DNA of 64,000 nucleotides from Chara braunii (lineage: Eukaryota; Plantae; Charophyceae). The notes under the pieces are model-generated. The model made no database searches. It saw only the letters and a program-made list of their open reading frames with translations, and was not told the DNA's origin. Shown here piece after piece: positions 1-12,474 of this stretch. The stretch is taken from positions 982,040 through 1,046,039 of the forward strand of contig BFEA01000023.1 in the NCBI GenBank assembly GCA_003427395.1, read 5' to 3'. Position 1 is the stretch's first letter, and the number at the start of each line of letters is the position of its first letter. Position numbers and translations under genes: made by a program.

Positions 1-120
1 CAACAACAACAACAACAACGAAAGGCCCGAAGTCCGTACGTACGGGCCGTACGGGTGCCGGGGGGCCCGTACGCACGGACGTCCGGACGTGCGGACGGGC
101 CGTATTGTTCGGCTGTATAC

Positions 121-1775
121 ACAGGATATAACCGATTTTATCGCGACTTTTTTTTTTTTGGACTTCTCTTGTAAATCGTATCGGATCTTCCTTGTCGTTT
201 ACTTCGTGTGTATGCATGGAATGAATGTGAATCCCCTTTTATTAGCGATCTTTTCGGATTTCCAGTCGGTTTTGCGATGCCTGTTTCGTCTCTGCCCAAT
301 ATTCACTTGCGTGCGCTATATGCTCATATTTGATTGAAAACGCTCGTTATGGATGTTTGGGTTTAGCCATTAACTTTCAATCACCAAGAGTGCTGTTAGG
401 AGTTGATTGTCCTGCCCCCTCTTTCCTCCTTTTGCATCACATGTATGGCATGTAATGATTGGATCCCACCCAACGTAGCAGGGGTAGGATATTTACACGT
501 ATGCTTAACGTGATCGACACACTGAACCAATCCGATATTCCTCACGTGCACTCGCGCGTACGATTGCAATCTTGCCACGTTCGCACTCGTCCGCGTGAGT
601 CAGCCTTGAACCCCGTATAAAAATGCATGGGACCGAGCTTGCTAAACAGATATGGCGGAGGAATTTTCCTCGTAAATGTCCGATCGTGAGAGCTTGAGGA
701 ACCTAAAATATCGTGAATACTGGAAAAATGAACAACTCAGACGACGGGGAAATTTGAGAAATCCGGAATTCCCCCGTCTAACAGAAAAAAACCGATTGTG
801 TGCAAGGGATTTTCACTGTGCCATAAGTAACGACCCCAGAGGCCCCGACAACCCGGATACTTATAACATGCAATATTTCATATCCCCTGGCTTCGTCGTT
901 ATTACCACCCGTTTCCCTCTCTTTCACATCCTCCTTCTATATCACCAGCTCGCGATGGTGCCGTGGAATTCCATAGCCATCTATTGGCCCCGCGAACCGT
1001 GCGAAAACGACCATTTTGTCAAAATGGACATTTTTTATTTTTTGAACGAAATTGAAACCGAGTTTTATGTCCGAAAACTCATCAAAATTTGTTGTTCCTG
1101 AGGAACGCTGGACCCCTTGGGTGTACATGGACCTAGCTTGAAACCAGACACCTTCAGGCAGTCCTGCCTAGAGGTGCCTGGTTTCAAGCTAGGTCCATGT
1201 ACAACTAGGGGGTCCGGCGTTTGTAAAACGCTGGACCCTCAGGAACAACAAATTTTGACGAGTTTTCGAACAAAAAACTCGGTTTCAATTTCGTTCAAAA
1301 AATAAAAGATGTCCATTTTGATGAAATGGCAGTTCGAACAGTGTCGAGGGCACCAGACAAATCAAACTTCGGAAATTGCTCGGCGAGACGGAACCAGGGA
1401 TGCCCGGCCCGACAATTGGTCGAACCGCGCGACCATCCGCGAAGGCAAAACCAGAGAAGACAGTGATTTTCGTTTTCGGGTTCTGGAACTAAGCTCGTTG
1501 GCAGGGGTAATGTTGTTAGGATTTTGTTAGAGTATGCCAGAGTGTTTAGATCTCTCGGTACTGTGATTACGGAAGAGTACCCCGGGATCTTTAGTCAGGG
1601 ATGCACTGCACATGCCATCTGCCTTATGTTGCACGACATTTGCGGCCTCTCTTCTATGCACACACCACGAGAAGTGGTCTACCTTCATCCTTATAAAAAT
1701 GAAAGTGCCGAGTACGACCTGCACATACCTTCTTACACTTTTATCCCCGAAACTTGCAACAAGAGATCTCAGTTC
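121..1775 (+). mobile_element. Truncated LTR fragment H (subfamily 2) with LTR-embedded ORF (652-1530, premature stop, split by a MITE)
   Basis: Colinear with 35060-36170; encodes DRESLR...FISPGFVVITTRFP...YHQL..VPWNSIA.YWPR.PCEQC. Boundaries approximate. Confidence 0.75.
1006..1334. mobile_element. Foldback MITE with AAC...GTT termini and 4-bp TSD CGAA
   Basis: Near-complete palindrome (aacgaccattttgtcaaaatggacat / atgtccattttgatgaaatggcagtt). CGAA at 1002-1005 and 1335-1338. Removal restores PCEQC in the host ORF. Confidence 0.85.
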
Positions 1776-1816
1776 ACAGCACCGGTAGGGGGTTATCTAC
1801 GAAGAGAAAGGGCATA

Positions 1817-1887
1817 CACACGCACACACACACACACACACACAGACACATACACACACACAATGAGAGTGAGCGAGCGCGCGCGCG

Positions 1888-1976
<89 letters not shown>

Positions 1977-1990
1977 AAGAAAGAGAGAGA
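1817..1990. repeat. Compound microsatellite (CA)n-(CG)n-(GA)n
   Basis: Direct reading. Confidence 0.95.
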
Positions 1991-2267
1991 TCCGGAGCAA
2001 ACACGGTCACGATACGACGTCTGTGCTTCCGCATTACGTGAAAGCATGTGCTTGCAACTTGAAATGTGGACTGCGCTGAGCTTGTCCATCTTTTTGTGCA
2101 CGTTACTGTATTTGTGCGGGGTTGCTGGTTTGCGGTCTGGGTATTTTGAGTCACATGAGAAGCACTGAATGAACAAAAATGATAGGAAAACAAGCTTGGG
2201 TGTTCTGCTCTTCGCACAAGGAACTGTGCCATGACTGCCTTAGGGTTGCATTGTCACCTTAAAGGTT

Positions 2268-4282
2268 TGTGACGCTCAACCCCACGCGCTGTGTTGTTTT
2301 CCGATTGGAGTATTTTGGTTTGCGGAAAGGCTCAGGAAGAACAACAAAGATAAGGTGTGCCAAGGATTTTTAGGAAAATTGAGTGTGGGGGCACAGACAG
2401 AACTGAGATCCCCTGTCTTGGTCCGACTTTAGTAAGAAAGGATCTGTTGCCGCACGGGTTGAAGAAAAAGGCGTGCGCGGGGAATCCAAAAAGTGGAGTT
2501 GTACTTCCTAGCGGGCCATTGCCCTTCGTTTCGAATTAAAGGGGGATGGTACACATGTAGTATCCCGTTTTCGGATGAGGTCCCGTCGACGTTCACTACA
2601 CAACTATGAGTCCAACGTGGAGGGTCTCAATCGAGTGACTCTCTCCTAGTGTTCATCCTCGCCACGTGTGCGGTAATGGAAGCCCTTGGCTTTGTAACGC
2701 TCGGTGCGGCGATAGTCGCTGCACATAGTGCTAGGCCAATGAGGCGCTACTGCTGATCAGGGGATGACGATCAACTCGTTAAACGACAACAACAACGAAT
2801 AAGGCGGAAAGTGCGTATCGATGATGATGAATACCGCACCGTCGAATCCGGAGCACTGGGTCTCGGGTGGGAAGTAATAACGCCCGCCGACCTCGGCGAC
2901 GACTTCTCGTACGTCCCACTCAGATACACGTGTCCTCTCCTCGTTGTACGGGAAGGGGCGAGGTGGGGGCACATGAAGTCAGCACCCAGTCGGATTGGGG
3001 CTGTCAGTCCACATGGAAACAAGGGCAGAGCGCACGATTAATCATACATCATTCATTCAACACCTAATTCAATCCCATTTCATCTCATCAATCAATCAAT
3101 ATCCCTGTCATGCTGACATAGGTTCTCGGACACAATCCACTTCATGCATATATCAAGTGAGAGGAGAAAAATCAACATAACCCACTAATTATAGTATACA
3201 CGTAGCAGAACGAAGGTGTGGGGGAGAAGAGGTGTAGATCAGAGGAGGGGAGAAAGCAGAAGATAATTACACAAGAAAGTCCGACGATCTTGACGAGAAA
3301 TTTTGGCTCAAATGTCGGGTGAACGGAATTCACGCTCAAAAACTTATACCTTGAGACAAAAGAGGCGCATCCACCATAAAATTCCACCATGGCCCCAGAC
3401 CATACACCCACTCAACCTTCGATCCGAACCTCACACCGGCACCAACGATCCCAGCCGTCGCGCGCTACTCCCACTATAGCGATCGTCATCCCGCCGACTT
3501 AGTCTCTGCACGGTCTTGCCCGCATCTCAAGGTCCGTCGGGCAGTCCGGCGCACAACCGAGAAGACTACAGTCAACCCGTCAGGACTTTTCGACTTGCAC
3601 CTTCACACGTACCACCTAACCACTGCCTCCCATAAGCTGGCTGGTGAGTTGAGAGATAACTTTTCGGTAGCGATTGTGGAATTTATAGTTGCGGAAAAGG
3701 AGGTAGATGCCAGGAAGGGTTAGGACTGAGGTAGGGAGAGGTAGGGGAAGGTTCGGGGATAATCGCCCGACGAAAGCCATGTCGATCCTTCGAATCCCAG
3801 TTGTAGCCAATCATTATCACCGCGTAACAGAAATTTCCTTCTTACACGGCGCTTGTCTTTGGCTAGAGGGGAGGAGGCGGAAATCGACAGGGTATTCCGA
3901 CGCAAGGATTAGAGCGGGAAGGAGAAGGGCGCGAAGGATAGCGCGATACTGAATTAAAATTCAGACGATGAAGGGAAAAAAAAGGCGTACGAGGCAAGGC
4001 AGAGATGGAAAACGGCTACAAAGAGAGAAGGGACGTGAGCGCGAAGAAGAGAGTGTCGAAGGTAGCGAGGGAAATGGAGAGAGAGGGGGGGGTTGTACCG
4101 ACACGAAAGCAAAAAAAGGGGCACCGAAACAGTTACAGCTCATTCATAATCCTACGCTAATTCAAAATTGAAAAACATCAGGTGTGTGCGTTGAGTGAAC
4201 GCGGGAAAAAAAATCCTACGCCTATTCAGATTCACACAAGAATCCCCATAAATGGCGCAGGTCGGGAAGCTGGCGCGTTACA
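2268..4282 (-). mobile_element. LTR A (subfamily 1); both termini present, no TSD; decayed embedded ORF about 2500-3014
   Basis: Termini tgtgacgctca...gcgcgttaca; colinear with 12702-15371 and 21702-24305; minus-strand CTATAAATTCC near 3680. Confidence 0.85.
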
Positions 4283-6076
4283 TATGTGACGCTTAGGGCG
4301 TTCCAAAATTATGTGATCTCCTGATTGCATGCATGAAAACTAGTTTACATGGTGGAGGGGGAAGAAAGGGGGCGAGGGGATGAAGAGGAACCGAGCCTAT
4401 CAAGATGAACAAAATCTTGTATTAGCACTAGATCGGGCCAGAGTCCATGTTGACGCCAACTTCAATTTCATTGTCTTCGCGAATCTGCTGGCTCGTTCTT
4501 TCAGGGTCTACCATCCAGCCCTGTCATGTGCAACTCCCTGCCTCTTTGATTGGCGGAGGTCGTCCAGGTGACACCATCATGGTCGGCCGATCTTGCCTGC
4601 TCCTGCTCAATCACTGAAAGTCCGCTCGGCGGTAACCGACGTGGAGAGGGTTGTGGAGTGGTCTAGGCCATTCAGCTGCGAGTGAAGGGAAGTAGTCGGA
4701 TGCTTCGTCACTGAGATCGACAAACTGGACGATTCGGTGCACTTGAGGGAATCGATGGTTGGGTCGGGAGAGGGAGAGGAGGTAGTCTGGAGACAGGGTA
4801 GGAATAGTGTGGTGTGAGGTGAAATTGAGAGAAGAACATAGCTTGGCCCAGCTATGGGCGCGAGATTCCCGTTACACGGGGCACCTACGCACAATGCTGG
4901 AAGCGCGAGCCAAAATGAAAACGAAACGGTGCCGGGGCGGCTCGGCAAAACTTGGCGCACAGGGGCTATCCCGGCTCCGCATCAATAGCTGGGCCAAGTA
5001 CTGGTGGTTAAAAAAAAGAAAAAGGAAAAAAGGTACCAGACGTGGGATCCCTAGTTTTCACGTTTTTGGTTTTCTGGACCATTCCGTCTGCACAGGGACC
5101 ACGCTGAAGAGCCCTCTCGATTGACCTTTCCATCAATTAGGGGCCCCCACGGCTCACCAAACGCTCCAGATGAGAACGAATCTTTCGCGGCAGCGCGGAA
5201 AGATTCAGTGTGGATTTGGTGAGTGGAGTGAGTAGGGGCGCTCCTGAAATTTTCTGCTTATAATGCGAAAATTATGCGCGGAAGTTCCCGGAACACAACA
5301 CACCCTGATAATGAATGCATACCAGCTATCTTTCCCGTCCGGTACAGGCATTATCAGGGTGCGTTCACTGCGTTGTGCTCGGCGGAAGCGGGGAATATCC
5401 CGACCCAAAGTCTGGTTCCGCGGGGCCATCTCTCCACCCCTCGTTCAGCTCGCTCCCCCCGCTCCTTTTCTTCCAATGGCAAGAGGTGTCTTCCGGCTAC
5501 TCGTAGGGCGACAAGCAACGGACGCAACAGGCGGTCCCTTAAAAAAACTCATATAGCTAGCTGGTCGTGGGGAGTACGCAGTTCATCGACAGCTCCGGCC
5601 TCTGGGCGCATTTGCGACGTCCATCGCCGAGTTCCTCTGAGAACTTCCAATTCTGTGCACATTGGCGGTGTCCATCGCTGAGTTACTCTAAGAATATCAG
5701 TTGGCGCCGGGGTTTTCTCGTGGACTGTGCTGCGCTGGCAGGCCATTGCAGGAGAGGGGCATCTTGGCATTCCTCCGTTCGATCAGATGAGACGTCAAGT
5801 GGTGTGCCTACGATTGTCCTAAGGAGGGCGGTGCCAGGTCTTGGGAGGCAGAAGCACTCGACAACGGCTGACTTGTAGGTTAAGGAAGGGATGTGCTGGC
5901 CGTTTCTAATTAGTCGACGAGCTCCAGGCTTGCAGGTCGACGGCTGCACATCGTGACGGTCCTGGTGCCGGAAGCTCTCCTGTAGGGGCTCCTGCAGGTA
6001 TCGGGCTCCCGCTGCTTGCTCTAGTTGTGTACAGCCCAAGGCCTTGGAGCACCTAAGTGAGGCGAGGACGAGGACA

Positions 6077-7468
6077 ATGGGGTCGAGCAGGCTTTTGCTA
6101 GTAGAGGCCATCGCCGTCTTGGCCCTGGTTTGCTTCCACGTCGGCGGAGCGAGGGGTTTTAGCATTGGCAGCATTTGCAATCCGCTCCTGTCGGCTCGGG
6201 GCCCGTGGATAAGTGGTCATTCCACCTTCTACGATGACCATGGTCGCGGCGGAGCTTGTGGATATGGGGCACTCGGAAGTCAGCTGTATGGGACCCGATT
6301 TGCTGCGGGTTCGCCGAGAGTGTACTTGGGAGGATTGGCGTGCGGAATGTGCTTGGAGGTCCGATGTGTCGGCAGCAGAGCCTGCAGACGCTCTAGCGTC
6401 CGTCTCACGATCACCGACTTGTGCCCCCCTGGCTACCCCAACACGCAATGGTGCGGTGGAGGAAAGGTGAGATTCTGAAGCTCTTCTTCCGAATCGTGTG
6501 CGTACAAGTAATAAGCTGTACGTATCACCCATCCACCATCTAATGAATGAACAATTAACGACTTTCTCTGCCCGTCTGTCTATTGCAACCCTTAGCCAGC
6601 AATGCCACCTCTCATCTCGTCTCTCTCTCTCAGCTATCGGTATTTCTTTTTGTAAGTATTATGTTTCCGGTTTTTTTTCTGTTCTTTAGTAATTTTGAGA
6701 TCGAACCCTCATGGTAGCTGGATGCCCTGTCTTGTGTTGTGAGGAGGGTGTTATTTAGGCTTCCTTCACTTTCAGATTGACATCGCTTGCGTCTGTGGGT
6801 GATGGACGATGATTTGTGTATGCACGAGTTTTTTCTTGCTCGTCGAACGTTTGTGCGAACAGTCTTCTGTACCTCTCGGGGATGACGAGCGCTCACGTTG
6901 AAGTGAAACTGTGGTTGGGATGGGGAGGTTCTCCTTGGTCTTGTAATCGCTGTCTCACCCAGAATCCTGGTCTTGCGCAATGTTTTCTTGTTTTCCGTTT
7001 TTGTAATTGAATGCGAAAAACGAAAAGGTGGCTGTCTGACCCTCTCTGTGTTAACCTTGGCTCTCCTTGCAGCTTCACTTGGACATCGGCAAAGACGCTT
7101 TCCCCATCATCGCGGACCCGAGGGCGGGACACGTTCCGATCCAATTCCGCAGCGTGCCTTGCGCACCCTACAAGGTCCTGAAGCTGAATCTGAGAGGCCA
7201 CAGGTGGTGGCTCGAGGTCACGGTGCTGGCCATTCCCGGGAGCGGAAGAGTATTGAAGATGGAGGTTGCCGGGAAAGGCGGTCGCTGGGTGAGCCTGAAG
7301 CGCGCATTTGGAGCTGCTTGGTCCACTGCAGGGTCGACTCTACAGACGCCTATCTCAGTCCGTATTTCCATATTCGGAAAGTTTTGCAAGCTCATTGCCA
7401 AGGACTGCATCAAGGGACAGATCTATAACGGAAGGCAGCTTAGCTGCGCATACACCGTCGGATACTGA
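6077..7468 (+). CDS. Alpha-expansin-like protein, copy 1; exons 6077-6466 and 7073-7468, 261 aa
   Basis: Hydrophobic signal-like N-terminus; HSTFY, GGACGYG, ACGMCLEVRC, TITDLCP, QWCGG, HLD (HFD position), GHVPIQFRSVPC and a Trp-containing C-terminal domain. Phase-0 intron AAG/GTGAGA...TTGCAG/CTT (606 bp) joins the two ORFs in frame. Confidence 0.93.
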
Positions 7469-8797
7469 GAAACACCGCCCCGGCTGGCCTCCGCTGCCTG
7501 GTTTTCTCCCTCATCACCTGCGATTCGTTCATTTCACTTTTCGGTTTTAGTCTTTTCTATGTGTGCTCACAAATAACCGCACGTGGTAAGCGAGAATAGT
7601 GTGGCTTCCATATAGTCGAGGTTGGTTTCCTTGGTCGAGGCTCTGGATTGCCTCTAGTTAGCTGGTGAGAGGGATGAGGTGCTGCTAGGGCAGGAGCAGA
7701 GGATTGCCTGCCGGAGGTCTACCTATGGAGGCATGATTTAAACGAGGAACTGTATTCTTGTAGCAAAAGTGGAATTGTGTTTTTGACACTGCTTGTAGAA
7801 AAAGGTTCTAAGGTTAGCGAGGGAGTAAAGCATCCATGTTAGTGATAGCGACAACCCTTAGGCATGCTGTGGAAGGCATACTAGGCCCACCAAGTCATCG
7901 CCCACGGGTTGTAAATTGACGCAGTCGCTTGGTGTGATGCATCACGGATGAAAGGTTATAGGGGAAAGTGTGACATTGTCGGACTTGTTTCATGTTGATA
8001 GACTTGAGGGTTCAATGTCGTCGTCCATCCCAGGCGTGCTGTGGATCCGGGGTATGTTATGTCCCATTGATGGACCAATGTCCAATAGTGAGTGGAGATC
8101 GAAATGGGAGTCGAGGGTGTGCTGCCGGCAGCTTGACAGATAAGGGCTACACACCATGACGGTGCTCCTCAGGGCATGAGAAGCCGGTTGCCGGCGAACA
8201 GGCGGGAATTCGCTATGGAAGCGATGGGGATAGGGAGGAGGCGAGATAACCCAGTGGCGCGTTTGAGAGTTGCCCACGCAGGCCGGTGAAATATGACGAT
8301 CGATTCGGATTCGATCCAAGCTATAGATCTCCAAATCACACTCTGCGTCGTCTGCGATGGAAGAGAAAAAAGTCCGAGCCATTGTTGCGAAAGGGATGTC
8401 ATGTAATCGTCTGCAATGGCTGAGGTCGCTGAGAAGAGGTGCGCGTGATTGTTGCAAAAGAGATCTCTCTGGGTGGGCTGTGATTGTGGATGTCGAACTG
8501 TAGCCCTGCATAAATGAAGAGATCAGCCTATACCTCGACCGGGACTAGTTAGGAGCATCAAGCATGCACACAGCAGATGTACATTAGCATAGATAGAATC
8601 ATTTAGAATGTGCTGTGTGCGTGTGGAGGAGGGCACTCGGGGTACTGTAATTTTTCACTTGCTCTTTTGGTAGTAACCGCTCTTAGCCACGTCTGCCAAT
8701 TGCGGGCACTGCCAGACCTCGATTTTGTTAGCCGGTTCGCGGTGTGAATTTTTAGCAGTAGCGGGTGAGTAACCGTAGACTCGCTTTCCGGTCAAGG

Positions 8798-9238
8798 NNN
8801 NNNNNNNNNNNNNNNNNNNNNNNNNNNNNNNNNNNNNNNNNNNNNNNNNNNNNNNNNNNNNNNNNNNNNNNNNNNNNNNNNNNNNNNNNNNNNNNNNNNN
8901 NNNNNNNNNNNNNNNNNNNNNNNNNNNNNNNNNNNNNNNNNNNNNNNNNNNNNNNNNNNNNNNNNNNNNNNNNNNNNNNNNNNNNNNNNNNNNNNNNNNN
9001 NNNNNNNNNNNNNNNNNNNNNNNNNNNNNNNNNNNNNNNNNNNNNNNNNNNNNNNNNNNNNNNNNNNNNNNNNNNNNNNNNNNNNNNNNNNNNNNNNNNN
9101 NNNNNNNNNNNNNNNNNNNNNNNNNNNNNNNNNNNNNNNNNNNNNNNNNNNNNNNNNNNNNNNNNNNNNNNNNNNNNNNNNNNNNNNNNNNNNNNNNNNN
9201 NNNNNNNNNNNNNNNNNNNNNNNNNNNNNNNNNNNNNN
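8798..9238. other. Assembly gap (N run) next to (CA)n
   Basis: N bases. Confidence 1.
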
Positions 9239-9299
9239 ACACACACACACACACACACACACACAGGCAAACACACAGAGACGCACACACGCACACACG

Positions 9300-9340
<41 letters not shown>

Positions 9341-9722
9341 TTATCAGCAAAAACTGCGTGGATGAGGCCATGGTTTGTGGCATTGCGCAATTGGATCGCA
9401 AAAGTGTCTCATCCACGACTAATGCAGACTTACCTTTCAATCTTTGTAAGTGTTATTTATATAAGCTGGTGGATCGCTGAAGGACTGACATTCGGAGGCT
9501 GTAAGTATATCATTGAAGTCTGTTGGCTCGAAGATGGCGGCTGTATTGTTCCGCTTGTTGACTGCGGCGCTTGCTGGAGAATGTGTGTGCTAAGAGTACA
9601 GCGTTACGATGTTGGGTCTTCCGTTCTCTTGCTTCTGCGCCTGAGATCTGGTTGATCAGCTGCAGCTCTTCTTGCAACGTGTGGGATTGTGGACAGCTGT
9701 GTAGTTGCTATTGGGAGAAGTC

Positions 9723-9966
9723 GTAAACCTCCCCGTGACGAAACCTTTGTATCCATTTCCCCCAAACCGCGAAAAAGGTGCCGCAGGCCCCAAATTTACT
9801 TTCGGCGTCATTTTTGCACCCTGGCTGGGCAGGTAACGGCCGGCGGCCGCTGTGTAAAAATGGCGGGAAGTGTTTTGCAGCGGAGCCTTTTCCCCTTTTT
9901 GGGTGACTGGGAGGTTGCTGCCACTTCGTTGTTTTTTTTGGACCATTTCGTCGCGGGGAGGTCTTA
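9723..9966. mobile_element. Small TIR element (MITE-like)
   Basis: acctccccgtgacgaaa (9727) and tttcgtcgcggggaggt (9946) are inverted repeats. No TSD identified. Confidence 0.45.
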
Positions 9967-10030
9967 CCAATTTTCCCGTTGTTATTCGGGTGACTGGGAG
10001 GTTGCTGCCACTTCGTTTTTTTTTTTTTTT

Positions 10031-10126
10031 TTTGGACCATTTCTCGATTTATGCTTGTCATCCTTGCGCAGGGGCCATACTAATCTTCTCTGTATCGTTC
10101 CAATTTTAAGAGATGTCCCGAAGGAC
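10031..10126 (-). pseudogene. U6: Full-length U6 snRNA pseudogene with A18 tail
   Basis: Reverse complement reads GTCCTTCGGGACATCTCTTAAAATTGGAACGATACAGAGAAGATTAGTATGGCCCCTGCGCAAGGATGACAAGCATAAATCGAGAAATGGTCCAAA, a plant-type U6. AGC triad changed to AGT; ends in oligo-A rather than oligo-T; no USE upstream. Confidence 0.9.
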
Positions 10127-10344
10127 GCCTCTTCATTTGTACGGTACCACCTCGGGATAATTTATAGCTACGGCCCAATGGTTTGTCACGCCCAAAGTCG
10201 TCTGGTTTGGTAGTACAGGCCCAAGCTTTCACTCGAGCTACTACCCACGCCTATTGGTTTGTGGCCCCCAAAGTCTTCAGTTGAGTGCTGCCAGCCTTCG
10301 GTGTGCTACCCATCCCTATTGGGTTCCCTGTTTTCCTTCTTTAT

Positions 10345-10470
10345 AAATCAATCAATCAGTCAGTCAATCAATCAGTCAGTCTTCAGTCAATCAGTCAGTC
10401 GGTCAGTCAATCAGTTAGTCGGTCAGTCAATCAATCGGTCAGTCTGTCAGTCAATCAACCAATCAATGAA
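10345..10470. repeat. (TCAA/TCAG)n tetranucleotide microsatellite
   Basis: Direct reading. Confidence 0.9.
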
Positions 10471-10898
10471 TAGTGCGTGGACACACACACACATCCATGG
10501 CTGAGTTCGTTTGTAGAGTGGGTTTTATTGCAGTGAGTCAGTGACAGATATGTCTCTCAGACTCACTGCGGTAATACTGCTGTTCTTTTTCTGAGCGGTA
10601 TCGCTACCTCGGGGTTACTTTTCATCAGTCAAAGGCACTCTGGGGCAGTGCCATCACCGTGAACGTGACCCGCCGGTCACGGAGCCAGAATCCGTGAATG
10701 GCCGTTCACGGGTTTCCGGGCAGGTGGCGGCAGGAGACTTGGGGATAAGGGCGGGAGGGGGGTTGAGCCGGGGCAGTGAAAACCCCGATGGGAAAATAAA
10801 ATATTTTGGGTCCTGGTAGAACGTCCGGTGGCGTACGGCCCCAGCAGGGAAGCGCCAAGTCACGGCCGTCCGGTTACGGCCGTCGCGGCCCGTAGGGG

Positions 10899-10995
<97 letters not shown>

Positions 10996-11900
10996 CACAC
11001 ACACAGATGGAATCACCTCCCTCGCGGACGGGTATTGTGCAGCATTAGTGCTTTATTCAAGTTTATTGCACCACCGCCCCAAACACCACCGCCCCAAACA
11101 CCACCGGGTGGGAGGCGGTCTGGAAATGCGACCGTTTTTTTTTTATTTTTATCTGTTTGTTTTCTTTCATCGTCGAGCCGTACGAGTGACCTTAAATTGG
11201 TCTTCTTCTTTTGAAGTGCCGAATTATTGCCCTCATGGGGGTTTACAGGCAACCAAGGGCATGCCAAACAGCCAAAAAACAATTTTTTATGAACTTGTTT
11301 TCATAAACATTTTTTTCCCCCCCCTGCCCCTGCCTTGCTGCCTGTCCTGCTTGCTTCGCATGTGGTTCTCTGCAAAATGCTGTGTTGGCTGTGTGGTGTG
11401 CCCGTGTTGTTGGTGTTGTATTGCGCTTCTCTGCTCCACTGCCTTGCCCCCCATCCACTGGTGTGCCTTTGTCGCTTGCCTGCCCTCTTGGTGAAGCCTT
11501 GTGCTTCGCTGCATGGTTGTTTGCTGCTTGTTAAGTTGTCTGCTCGCCCTGTTGTCCCTTGCGCTTCACTACACTGTTGCTATTTGACTACTCTGTGCTG
11601 CCAGGTTGCCTTGTGCTTCACTACACTGTTGCTATTTCACTACTCGGTTACTATGCTGCTCTTCCGCTTGCCTTGCCGTTGTTTGCAGTCTTCTTTGGTG
11701 TTGTGCAGCCATGTTGCCTCTACTGCGTTGCCTGGTGCTTCGCAGGGTTGCTGCCCGCTGCTATGTTCCGCTTGGGACAGTCTGCCTTCAACACGCCTCA
11801 AAGGGTTCATGACCCAAACCATCAAATATGTCGATTCCGCAGATTGTAGAGGGTTCAGCCTCCTGATGAGTAGGTGCAACTCGGACAAAACAATCTATCA

Positions 11901-12474
11901 TGGGATAATTGGTAGAAAGAGCCCATGCCAAAACCTTTTCGGTTTTGGACGCCCAAAGTTCGGCCGTTTGGTACTACCGGCCCAAACAACTTTCTCCTGG
12001 GTGAAAGGCCTTCGCGCCGTGGCCACATCTCCCTGGGCCTGTTTTTACCGGTTCAAGAATTTGGCTCTGTTTCTGCGCCAGATTCATGAACCGGTAGGGC
12101 CCTTCTTTTTCAAACTCGCGTACATGGGGCGTGAGGCCACATCTCCCTGGGCCTGTTTTTACCGGTTCAAGAATTTGGGTCTGTTTCTGCGCCAGTTTCA
12201 TGAACCGGTAGGACCCTTCTTTTTCAAACTCGCGTATGTGGGCCTCATTCGATAATTCAGCGTCACTACCGCCGGCCTTTTTTACATCAAAACGAATCTG
12301 GCGCTGTTATGTGCCAGATTCATGATCTGGTAGGGACCGTAGGGCCCTTGGAGTGACGCGTGGGCCTGTAGTACCCCACATGCAAGTCATTGGGCCGGTA
12401 GTACCAAACGGCTAAACTTTGGGCTGCCAAAGCCGAAAAGGTTTTGGTGTGGGCGCCTTCTACCGATTATCCCA
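11901..12474. mobile_element. MITE with about 90-bp TIRs, 3-bp TSD TCA and an internal 114-bp tandem repeat (possibly PIF/Harbinger-like)
   Basis: tgggataattggtagaaag...ggtactaccggcccaa versus ttgggccggtagtacc...ctaccgattatccca; TCA on both flanks; repeat units start at 12021 and 12135. A related left end starts at 10154. Confidence 0.8.

Noticed and set aside
1-115. GC-rich ccgtacg repeats ending in ggctg, possibly a DNA transposon end
   Set aside because: Cut by the window edge; the other terminus and TSD cannot be checked.
8655-9655. Long ORFs across the N gap, and other ORFs made of (CA)n, (GA)n, (CAT)n or (GAA)n
   Set aside because: Artefacts of Ns and microsatellites.
10154-10170. TATA-like motif upstream of the U6 copy, suggesting a functional Pol III gene
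   Set aside because: It lies in a MITE terminus related to 11901-11990. There is no USE, the AGC triad is mutated and there is no oligo-T terminator.
11335-12255. 306-aa Cys/Leu-rich ORF
   Set aside because: Low-complexity TG-rich sequence reading into a MITE and its tandem repeat; no domain recognised.
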